Shown: positions 47,237 to 57,050 of the stretch, one piece after another
Position numbering within the stretch: position 1 is the stretch's first letter
Layout: each line of letters opens with the position of its first letter
Source: Eledone cirrhosa
Taxonomy: Eukaryota
Assembly (NCBI GenBank): GCA_964016885.1
Contig: OZ024740.1
Span: forward strand, 440,448,001-440,512,000
Direction: 5' to 3'
Length of the DNA: 64,000 nucleotides
Position numbers and translations under genes: made by a program
The notes under the pieces: generated by a model
Told to the model about the DNA's origin: nothing
Database searches by the model: none
Seen by the model: only the letters and a program-made list of their open reading frames with translations

Positions 47237-48123
47237 CATAAATCATGTCTTTAGAATCACCAGATATTAAAATATATACTATTTCTTCTTCTAATTAGCA
47301 TAATTAACCATATACAAAATCAAATCTAGCAAGCTTTAAGAATAAATTTTCTTATGGGGAAATCTCAGACAAACAATCGACCGTAGCCTCTTCGCGGTAG
47401 CCCCGTTCCATTATTTATCGAACATTTCGACAGCATGTAGACTTCGACCAAATATACCATCAACCACACACAATTAGTAGTAAAATTAAACTTAGAAGAA
47501 ATGCGCACGTACCGTAATTATATTCCTACCATGGTTTCTTCCTTATTTAGTACATCCAAATAATATGAATTTCCTGAGTTAGTTTCATCAGGGGATAAAC
47601 TCAAAATCAGACATTTTGTTTTTCAATCCGATCCCGCCAAATTTAGATTAAAAAATGGCTAAAAATCGCTATATAGCTGTGTTCCAGCCAGAGAGAAAGA
47701 GTGTGATTGGTTGCTTACGGCGGGTAGGCTTGCTGCTAGAAAGCGCAGCCATATATCGCCAAATTCAATCTCAACCAATTGGGAGATTATTAAATATAAA
47801 GGTTATCATATACATAAAATTAAAGATATATATATGTTGCAACCGTTCACTTTTAAGCTCTATGAAGAATTAATAAATTAAAATAAAAAAATCAGAGCAT
47901 TATATCATAAATCATGTCTTTAGAATCATCAGATATTATAATATATACTATTTCTTCTTCTAATTAGCATAAGTAACCATATACAAAATCAAATCTAGCA
48001 AGCTTTAAGAATAAATTTTCTTATGGGGAAATCTCTGACAAACAATCTCTGACAAACAATCGACCGTAGCCTCTGATTTTTTAATTTTAATTTATTAATT
48101 CTTCATAGAGCTTAAAAGTGAAC
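47232..48123 (-). mobile_element. Non-coding PLE-type element: 669-bp unit in partial tandem plus a short inverted arm, flanked by (TA)n
   Basis: 47232-47391 is directly repeated at 47901-48074 (period 669; the second copy has a 14-bp internal duplication). 48071-48123 is the reverse complement of 47845-47897, joined through CTCT microhomology. It shares TGCTCTG...CATAGAGCTTAA with the PLE tail at 52872-52898. Confidence 0.65.
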
Positions 48124-48293
48124 CTATATATATATATATATATACATACATGCACACACATATATATATATGTACGTATGGATTCACCGAACATTTATTA
48201 TAATGCTCGGTGTGTTTGTAAACAAACCTCCCGAATTAAGCCGTACAGTGTCTAGCATTCATCGTTGCTCATTTGTTCAACACTGACAGAGGA

Positions 48294-48336
48294 ACGCTGT
48301 ACTAGTTTCAAGCTTATTAGCTATCGTCAGCAACGT
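48294..48336 (-). ncRNA. Minimal type I hammerhead ribozyme (inverted copy)
   Basis: Reverse complement of 48784-48826. Confidence 0.72.
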
Positions 48337-48783
48337 ATACCTTCCTGCCAGATGATAGAACGTCTGAAAGTATATACTTTCCTTATGCATATTAACGGCT
48401 GAGCAGCCTAATTTGCATAGCGAGTGAGTTAATCGGCCGGGGTACCGAAAACGATAAACGGAAAAAATGAATCCTTACGGTGAATCCATACGTACATATA
48501 TATATAAATATATATATGTGCATGTATGTGTATATATATATATATATATATATACATACTACTGTACGTCTGTATACATATATGTATGTACGTATACATA
48601 CTTATATTTAAGTAACATCCGTACTAAGAGTGAGAAATGAAATTTCGTTTCATTTTTTCCGTTTATCGTTTTCGGTACCCCGGCCGATTAACTCACTCGA
48701 TATGCAAATTAGGCTGCTCAGCCGTTAATATGCATAAGGAAAGTATATACTTTCAGACGTTCCACCATCTGGCAGGAAGGTAT

Positions 48784-48826
48784 ACGTTGCTGACGATAGC
48801 TAATAAGCTTGAAACTAGTACAGCGT
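48784..48826 (+). ncRNA. Minimal type I hammerhead ribozyme (PLE-type, palindromic stem III)
   Basis: Stem I ACGTTG/CAGCGT; core CTGACGA 48790-96; stem II AGCT-AATA-AGCT closed by a T.T mismatch; GAAA 48811-14; palindromic ACTAGT in place of stem III; GTA triplet with the cut after 48820. Confidence 0.75.
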
Positions 48827-48967
48827 TCCTTTGTCAGTATTGAACAAATGAGCCACGATGGCTGCTAGACACTGTACGGCTTAATTCGGGATGTTTGTTT
48901 ACAAACACACCGAGCATTATAATAAATGTTCGGTGAATCCATACGTACGTATATATATGTGTGCATG

Positions 48968-49004
<37 letters not shown>

Positions 49005-49011
<7 letters not shown>

Positions 49012-49311
49012 TGAAAAAGAACAAAGGAACTATTATGACATTATAACAAGTTTATTGCCGACAGCCGTTTCGTCCGACCACATGGTGGGACTTATCAAGG
49101 CATATAACATGTGATTGTAAGATCATTATTTACATCAACGTATCACTCAAGGCTAGCAGTTTCAAATTGTGGTATACATCAGCAACTCCGCTTGTATAGT
49201 TGGGGTCTATATTCTAAGGGGGCTCTTTTTTATTAGTTGTCGGGGTCAGGGATTGAAGTTTAAAAATTAGATAATATATAATTTACGCATTAACAGTAAA
49301 CTAAAAGACTT
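49005..49311 (-). repeat. Inverted pseudo-LTR of the PLE
   Basis: Reverse complement of 52562-52868; I noticed only two mismatches by eye. Confidence 0.95.
49056..49102 (-). ncRNA. Minimal type I hammerhead ribozyme, U3-A8 core variant (inverted pLTR copy)
   Basis: Reverse complement of 52771-52817. Confidence 0.8.
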
Positions 49312-50064
49312 TTTTTTTTCTCTTTAATAGATAAGAACTTCCCCCCGGGTAGTAGGTACGGTATTGTCATCAATAAGAATACTATCAAGCTATCGTACTC
49401 TACAACCCCTAATCTGGCCTCACACCTAGCTAAGACCAATAAGAGTAAGATTAAAGAGGGACTTAAGGCCATCCGTAATAGTGAACCACGCCAGCACACA
49501 CGACAACACGGGACCAACCCACTGAGTGAAAGACCCAGGGGGATAATAGGCAATAGAACCGGTCCCACTAGGCAGCCCCGCGGCCGCTTGGAGGGACATG
49601 CACCCCTGATTGAGGAGCATGACCCTACTAAAGAGTGTAATTGCAGAAGGAAGGACAAATGCCCACTAGCTGGAAACTGCCTTATTAGGAACGTGGTATA
49701 TGCTTGTAACGTAACCACAGGCACGTATACCAAGACGTATGTGGGATCAACCGCTAACGAGTTCAAGACGAGGTTCAACACCCACCAGCATAGCTTCCGA
49801 TTTGAGAAGCTTAAAAATACCACGTCGTTAGCGGGGCATATACATAGCTTAAAACAAACAAAAACCCCCTACACACTAAGCTGGAGATGCCTTACTAAAG
49901 CTCCTCCATATAGCTCGTTAAGCAGGTGTTGTAGCCTGTGCCTATCTGAATCTCATGCCCTAGTATTCTCAGGCCTCAACTTGCTCAACAGGAGATCAGA
50001 AATCTTGTCGTCCTGCCCCCATACCATACTTAGCTCTTTCTTTTTCTTCAGACCAGACACATAG
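49312..50064 (+). pseudogene. C-terminal fragment of a PLE polyprotein: end of RT region, Cys linker and GIY-YIG endonuclease
   Basis: The frame is open from the inversion junction: FFFSLIDKNFP...NKNTIKLSYSTTPN...CNCRRKDKCPLAGNCL..NVVYAC...YVGST..FKTRFNTH..SF...TSLAGHIH.LK...W...CSLCLSE...LLNRRSE...CPH. The RT core is absent. I assigned the Naiad clade from the recalled CxC..CPL.G.C linker and CxxC/CxH motifs. Confidence 0.9.
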
Positions 50065-51360
50065 CCCTGACACCACCCGGTCCTGCACTTGGTGGCCCCG
50101 CTGGCGAACAGGGTGCTCTTTAGTAACCGCGGCTGCATGGATGCCTCGGCTCCCCGATTGGCGATGGGGACTCTGGTGAGGAACAGACGACCCTGTGTCC
50201 CACTTGCCAACCTGGGATTGGTGGCAACACTGTTGCTGGGCACCCTGGGGGCAGCTGATGCCTGCGATGTAGGACAGTGTGAGTGCCTGGAACCACGTTG
50301 ACTAATCTGGGAAGGTGCCGTCGGAGATGTATGTCAACAAACTCGAGAACATGCCTAGGGAAACAGTAACAAAACACCCAATATGGCGGCCGCTCCCTGC
50401 CTATAGCCACTCACCCCCCACCCCCTCCCTTAGTAAACCCCCGCCCAAATAGATGCCCCCCCCCATTCTTTTGAGTTGGTTCTTTATTATCAGTGATTAG
50501 TTCTTCACTAATAGGAATTTTTTGTATTTCACCACAGTCGACATAATGGGCTTGGAGAGTTGACTCCCTTGAAGTCTGACCACTCGATAAGTTAGGGGTT
50601 GTGCCCCTTGGACAGGGGTGTGTATAACTGGTCTACCTGCTGTCTGCTACTACCCGAGACTGGACACGGTCGTAGCCACAGGCCAGCGCGTGCGCGATAG
50701 CATAGAATGTATATTTTCTGCTAGTCACCCCGTGTAATACGATACCCTAAGATTCCATGCATTAGATTCACCGAAGCATGCGCAGTCTTAACCGGGAGAT
50801 GACATGCGAACTTGAAAATACCACAAGCGAGACCCTCTGGATAACGTAGACGTAGGACCATACGCGCAAATATATACCCTGATCTGTCTTGAATATACAG
50901 GGCTGACGGAATATGGATAACACGACCACCATCTAAGCTGGGATCGACCCATACAGCAAACAAAGAGGGGACAGCCCTTCGCTTTTGACCAGTCGCGTGT
51001 GGGCTTGGAGTTCGTAATATACCACCCCAGTCAAATCCACACTGGTTTTTTTAACAATATAGCATGTAGACCAATACATCCTACGTAGCGAGACCTTGGA
51101 CTTAGAACCGGCAGGCTGGTCTATCGCGAAAGCGTACAACCCCTGAAACTAAAAGATCGAACGGACCACATCCAGCAACCACTAGCTATTAGATCCACAG
51201 GTACATCTCCCAGAGATTCCACGCCCAGTTGATCCATGAACATTTAAACAAGACCAGCTGTTCCCGGAGCTATGCAGATGACTACATACGCATAATGGAT
51301 ATCGCGCCCACACGGTCACCAGTACTGTTCATCCTGTTGTATGTATGTAAATATCCGTGC

Positions 51361-51900
51361 GCGGGATATCCCTGAGTACATTTTCTTGACCATCAATTGT
51401 TAATCGATTGTTTGTTAATTAGGCAGGAATATACCATTGTGTCTGTGCTAATCCTATGTGTTGCTGTGTGTGTAAAGTAACCGGGCGTGGGATATCCCTG
51501 AGCTAATTTTGCCTGACTGTTAATAGTGTTTTGATTACTTGTTAATTAGGCAGGAATATATATTATTATGTCTTTGTTAATCCTGTATCAATAATTTTGT
51601 GATCATTTTGTAATAATTTTATGATAATTTTGTAATAATTTTATGATAATTTTATGATAATTTGATAATTTTGTAATAATTTTGTGGTAATTTTATGATA
51701 ATTTTGTAATAATTTTTAGTCCTGTATCAATAATTTTATAATAATTTTTTGTGATAATACATTGTTAGATTACTGAAGCTACCTTATACCTTAACTAGGC
51801 AGGAATATATATTATTATGTCTTTGTTAATCCTGTATCAATAATTTTATAATAATTTTTTGTGATAATACATTATTAGATTACTGAAGCTACCTTATATC
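51361..51900. repeat. Nested local duplications and AT-rich 11-12-bp minisatellite inside the PLE 3' UTR
   Basis: GGGATATCCCTGAG occurs twice (~51363, ~51489); AGGCAGGAATATA at 51421, 51548 and 51797; (ATAATTTT(G/A)T(G/A))n at ~51590-51717; a ~78-bp block at 51721 and 51831. Confidence 0.85.
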
Positions 51901-52561
51901 TTCTTAAAAATACATTTTATAATTATTGTCTTTTGCTTATGTATTTTCTTATTTACCACTTTCTTTAATCTTGCCCAACTTGATAAACTCCTTGAATTGC
52001 TCCCTAATTAAATTACTTAAATTACTTAAATTATTGTATCTATTATGCCTAAGTTGTATCTGTTTGAAGCAGCCCTTTAAAAATTCCTCGGATATCCCAA
52101 ATACCGTAATTTTTAACTTTTAATGTATAATTTTCCTCAATTCGTTTTTATATATATCCTTAAAGGCTCTCTAAAATTTTAATTCTTCGAAGGGTCTCTC
52201 GGAAGAAGTCCCTATTAAAAATATTAAAGAGGCCTTTTCTGAGAGAATTATAGAAGGCTCTCTGAATTAACCTTTAATTGATTAGTTTCTTTCAACTTAG
52301 TAGGAAATATCAAAACTTCGTAAGTTTTCTGAAATTTGTAAACGTGATCTCAGGGGAAGAAGGTTTTTTTCTTTCGGGAAAAAATTTTTTTTTCTCTAGA
52401 AGGAACTTCATAGGAAACTTTATATATTTTTTAGGGAAACTTTATATTTTTATTTTTTATTTTATTAGCCTCTTAATTTCTTCTAGTCTAGTAGGTTTAT
52501 TGGAGCCTGTAAGCTTTATGCACTTATTGAGGGATTTTCTAAGGTGCTTCTACGGGACCCC

Positions 52562-52868
52562 AAGTCTTTTAGTTTACTGTTAATGCGTAAATTATATATT
52601 ATCTAATTTTTAAACTTCAATCCCTGACCCCGACAACTAATATAAAAGAGCCCCCTTAGAATATAGACCCCAACTATACAAGCGGAGTTGCTGATGCATA
52701 CCACAATTTGAAACTGCTAGCCTTGAGTGATACGTTGATGTAAATAATGATCTTACAATCACATGTTATATGCCTTGATAAGTCCCACCATGTGGTCGGA
52801 CGAAACGGCTGTCGGCAATAAACTTGTTATAATGTCATAATAGTTCCTTTGTTCTTTTTCACTAATAT
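52562..52868 (+). repeat. 3' pseudo-LTR of the PLE
   Basis: Matches the inverted copy at 49005-49311; carries the hammerhead ~50 nt before its end, followed by AATAAA. Confidence 0.92.
52771..52817 (+). ncRNA. Minimal type I hammerhead ribozyme, U3-A8 core variant
   Basis: Stem I TGCC/GGCA; core TTGATAA 52775-81 (compensatory U3-A8 in place of C3-G8); stem II GTCC/GGAC; GAAA 52802-05; quasi-palindromic ACGGCTGT stem III; GTC triplet with the cut after 52813. Confidence 0.82.
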
Positions 52869-53127
52869 TTCTGCTCTGCGTATACGCATAGAGCTTAACT
52901 AGCTACCGTCACATATTTGGTAGGTCAGACGTGATCATCGCGATTCACATACGACCTACCATACATCTTACTTATATATATATATATATATATATACATA
53001 TTACTGTACGTCTGTATACATATATGTATGTACGTATACATACTTATATTTAAGTAACAGCCGTACTAAGAGTGAGAAATGAAATTTCGTTTCATTTTTT
53101 CCGTTTATATATATATATATATTTATT

Positions 53128-53216
53128 TATTTACTCCGTAATGTTGAGTGCTTTATATCAGTTATAAAATTTTTAAGCTTGTTGAATCCCAACAAATTAA
53201 ATATAACCTCTGCATA
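53128..53216 (+). repeat. Dispersed ~90-bp tail-like element between TA tracts (second copy at ~61614-61704)
   Basis: TTTACTCC...GTTGAGTGCTTTATATCAGTTATAAAA...TAAGCTTGTTGAAT.CCAACAAATTAAATATAACCTCTGCA is present in both copies. Confidence 0.8.
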
Positions 53217-53280
53217 TATATATATATATATTAGAAAGTGAGGTTTTTTTTACAAAATGAAAAATAACCGAGGTGTCCTA

Positions 53281-53641
53281 CACACATACACACACACAGA
53301 CCCACACAGACAGACACACACACACACAGACTCATAGACACATATGGACACAGACACACACAAACACACACACACACGCAAACACACACAGACACACACA
53401 GACACACACACACAGACACACAGACACACACACACACACACACAGACACAGACACACACAGACACACATCAGACACACACACAGCCACACACACAGACAC
53501 ATGTGAGAAAAACCACAGACCCTCCATCTCAACTCACCTTTTGAAAAGCAGAAGTACTGCGAAACCGGTAAAGGAACCAAATAAATATATATATTTTTAA
53601 AAAAAATAAGATTCCAGTTGCATTTTCGATTTCATCTCTTT

Positions 53642-53685
<44 letters not shown>

Positions 53686-54049
53686 TAAGTATTTCGGTAG
53701 AAAAGGTAAAGAAAAGAAGAGTGCTCTCTGTGTAGTACAGAGCTATTTAATTACATAATAAACAACACAATATAATTATTCCATTTATTTTGGATATCCA
53801 AAATAAAGATCCTATCTGATGAGCGATATCACACGTTTCTGTTAGAATCGTTTAACTTCACGAAACCTTGGGTAATGGAATAATTATATTGTGTTGATTA
53901 TTACATAATTGTATATATGTGTGTGTGTGTATGTTGTGGTGTGAGTGCATGTGTGTGTGTGGTATGTGTGTATGTATGTGTGTGTATGTATATGTGTGTA
54001 TGTGTGTGTGACTGTGTTTGTGTCTGTATGTGTGTGTGTATGTATGTGT

Positions 54050-54089
<40 letters not shown>

Positions 54090-55686
54090 GTGTGTGTGTG
54101 TATGTGTGTGTGTGTGTGTGTGTGTGTAAATAAACAGTCCTTGCCTAGATGAAGTGGGGAAGTATTCTCCAGTTTATGGAGAAGTCCCTATGCCAGCTCG
54201 GTTTCCCAGCAGACAGAATGAAGAAAACGTTACACCGGAAGTTGACGAAGGGGATAAGTTGGAAGAGGTAAAGACCGACGTTAATTACTGTCACCCAGTT
54301 GACAATAGAAGTTGTTGGAAGGGTGACCAGTCATTTCAAGAGCCTACAGCATGTCAACTATTTTAACTAAACTCCATATATTGAAGTGTGTCACATAAAA
54401 TGTACAATTGTCATATCCAGCAGTGTTAATGTCAGTCAATAGTCAACTTTTAATATCATTCTAGAACACACACGTAAAAACTAACACCCACCATCACACA
54501 CATATACACACACACACATACAGGCGTACACATACACACGCATACGTAGATATTCACAGACACACAGACACAGACACAGACACACACATACACACACACA
54601 GACCCACACAGACAGACACACACACACACAGACTCATAGACACATATGGACACAGACACACACAAACACACACACACACGCAAACACACACATACACACA
54701 CAGACACACACACACACAGACACACAGACACACACACACACAGAGACACAGACACACACAGACACACATCAGACACACACACAGCCACACACACAGACAC
54801 AGACACACACAGACACACACACATGTATATAGATACAGCTGACAGAATGAAAAAAAATAAGACGCCGATAGCGAGAGAAAAAAGCGAGATTGGGAAGAGG
54901 GGGGGGGGGGGGGGTTAAAGATACGTGAGATGATGTGGTGGCGGAGGAAGTGTAAGAAAGCTACTAGTCAACAAGTGCAGAACGTGCAGTGATTATTAGT
55001 AACAATTAGTACAGTTTATTACGTAACTATGAGAAATGCTGAGAACTGATCAATGGTGGACACACACATGCATACACACGGCACACGGCATACATACACA
55101 CATACACACGGCAAACACACCGCATACATACACACACACGTCATACATACACACGGCATACATACACACACACGGCATACAAACACACGGCAAACACATA
55201 CACACGGCATACACACACACACGGCATACACACACATACACGACATACACACATACACAAGGCATACACATACAGACGGCATACACACATACACACGGCA
55301 TACATACACACGATATACACATACACACGACATACACACACACGACATACATACACACGGCATACACACATACACACGGCATACACACATACACACCGCA
55401 TACATACACACACACGGCATACACATACACACGGCATACATACACACGGCATACACATACAGACACGGCATACATACTATATATATAGATAGATCGACAG
55501 ATCGATAGATAAATATAGATAGTAAGATTCAAGTGTGTATAAACATATACCTATGTTTGTATGTGTGTATATATGTATGTATACATATATGTATGTATAC
55601 ATATATGTATACACACATATATGTATACACTCATATATGTATGTATACATATATATATATACACACATATATGTATGTATACATAT
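53281..55686. repeat. Cluster of degenerate (CA)n, (TG)n, CATACACACGG-type and (TATG)n simple repeats
   Basis: CA-rich 53281-53501 and 54466-54825; TG-rich 53915-54127; CATACACACGG minisatellite 55059-55473; TATG-rich 55533-55686. These repeats explain the THTH/CVCV ORFs. Confidence 0.95.
54138..54267 (+). other. Possible internal exon of an unidentified host gene (PCLDEVGKYSPVYGEVPMPARFPSRQNEENVTPEVDEGDKLEE)
   Basis: Higher-complexity open island bounded by CAG (54135-37) and GTAAAG (54268). The acceptor lacks a polypyrimidine tract and I recognise no homology. Confidence 0.25.
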
Positions 55687-57043
55687 GTCTCTTTCTCTTA
55701 ATTTCGAGTATATATTTTTTTGACCGGCCACCTTCCTGGTGTCAAGGTTGTAAAAGATAAGAAATTGTCATCCCTTGAATCGCAAGAATGTTTTGCAAAT
55801 TTTGAAGGTGCCAGCTATCGCAGTCATTTGTTGATTATGGATTAGGGAGCTGCGCTTTTTGTCCGCAAATCCAAGTTCAGTTATACATTGGTCCAATCGG
55901 GTTGGTATATAACCCGTAGCTCCAATAATGATGAGTATGAAGCTAAAGGTGTATCTTGGATACTGGATTTGTAAACTCCTCATCAATGGTCCGTAGATGT
56001 CCTCCTTCTCCTGCATTTTTCTGACAACGTTTACATCAAGTGGGCAGCTGATCTCCACAACAGAACACGTTTTCAATGTGTGGTCCCAAACAACAATATC
56101 AGGCTGGTTGTGCTTTAATTTGGTGGCAGTTTTTATTTTCAGGTTCCACCAGTATTCCTTAGTGCCATCTGTCTCAATATATTCCTCCTCGTTTGTTGTT
56201 AATTTTGTTTTCCGAAGTGCGTTCCAGATGGTTCTAGCTATCCCATCGTGTCTCATGGGGAGGTAGTAGCGAGATGACATTCTTTCGCAGCTGGCAACAA
56301 TCTGGCTTACATCCTCGATCTTTGTTTTACATAGCCTACATTTATTGTCAGCTGCTGGCCCTCCCCTTTTGTGCAGCATATATTTGGTAGGGAGTTCTTG
56401 TTCCTGTATTGCATAGAGATATCCCTCAAGGTGTGATGTCATAAACTTGTCGGAACTCCATGCCAGGCTTTTTGAGTGGTTTATCCCCTCTATGGTCTGT
56501 GTTTTACGTCTTAAGTATCCATGCACAACTTTTTCTGTAAATTGGTCAATTTTTTCATCTTGTTTGAACATTGAATAGGATCTTCCGATTTCTCTGTGAT
56601 TTATATCAGGCTTTATTCCATATCTCTCCTCCAGATCAGTCGCTATTCTAATGATATTTTTTTTTCATGCTCATAAACCTGGGCAAGATGGTTGCCAACC
56701 TTTTTCCTCTGTTGAAGGTGTTGCTTCAGTGTTACTATCCGGGTCTCATATGTTGTTAATATGGATTTTAGACCCCGGCCACCTTCCTTGCGTGAGAAGT
56801 ATAGCCTATCCACATCACCATTGATGTTAAAGTTCCCAATAACAGTGAGAAGTTTGCGAGTTCTAACATCCATCTCACTTAGTTCTTGTAATGACCAGTT
56901 CAGCAGGCCAAATGTTGGCGTTAGAATTGGCACAGCATAAGTATTGTGGGCAATGTATTTGTTGTACGCTGACAGTTCTGATGACCATATTTTCTTTACT
57001 CTTCTGAGGTATTCAGTTCTGGTTCTCTCCTTGATTATGGGTC
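55687..57043 (-). pseudogene. R4/Dong-clade non-LTR retrotransposon, 3' part (post-RT region, zinc knuckle, restriction-like endonuclease, short 3' UTR)
   Basis: RLYFSRKEGGRGL; AIQEQELPT; CRLC....E...QIVASC (His of the CCHC motif replaced); RHD; PDIVVWD...VVEISCP...K..EK..Y. Frameshift in an A-run near 56660; stop at 55768. Confidence 0.9.
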
Positions 57044-57050
57044 TGTAGTA

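Larger units (their letters stand above)
49005..52973 (+). mobile_element. 5'-truncated Penelope-like retroelement (Naiad-like) with inverted pseudo-LTR, long 3' UTR and ~105-bp tail, inserted in (TA)n
   Basis: GIY-YIG endonuclease ORF; 307-bp inverted repeat 49005-49311/52562-52868 containing a hammerhead; tail 52869-52973; (TA)n on both sides. Confidence 0.9.
48125..53107 (+). mobile_element. Non-coding hammerhead-bearing PLE-type element (~452-bp unit; inverted arm + partial tandem + tail), interrupted by the PLE at 49005-52973
   Basis: ~48145-48471 is the reverse complement of ~48649-48975. CGGTGAATCCATACGTAC recurs at 48478 and 48930 (period 452). 48553-48666 recurs at ~52995-53107, beyond the nested PLE. 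(TA)n at both ends. Confidence 0.75.

Noticed and set aside
47380-47410. GCCTCTTCGCGGT resembling P3/L3 of an HDV-like ribozyme
   Set aside because: I could not find matching P1 and P2 partners.
47550-47600. Minus-strand CTGATGA...GAAA
   Set aside because: No stem II and poor stems I and III.
51421-51815. GGCAGGAATATAT repeats resembling a T-DNA border
   Set aside because: Only a partial match, explained by local duplication in an animal retroelement UTR, with no other bacterial context.
51900-52560. Minus-strand protein-like frame if TAA/TAG were read through
   Set aside because: No recognisable motif, the low complexity explains it, and neighbouring ORFs use standard stops.
49005-52868. 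DNA transposon with 307-bp terminal inverted repeats
   Set aside because: It encodes a PLE GIY-YIG domain truncated at the repeat, has hammerheads and a one-sided tail, and has no transposase; this fits an inverted pLTR.
53231-55760. Many THTH/CVCV/YIYI ORFs (also 61119-61551 and 63208-63692)
   Set aside because: They are translations of simple repeats.
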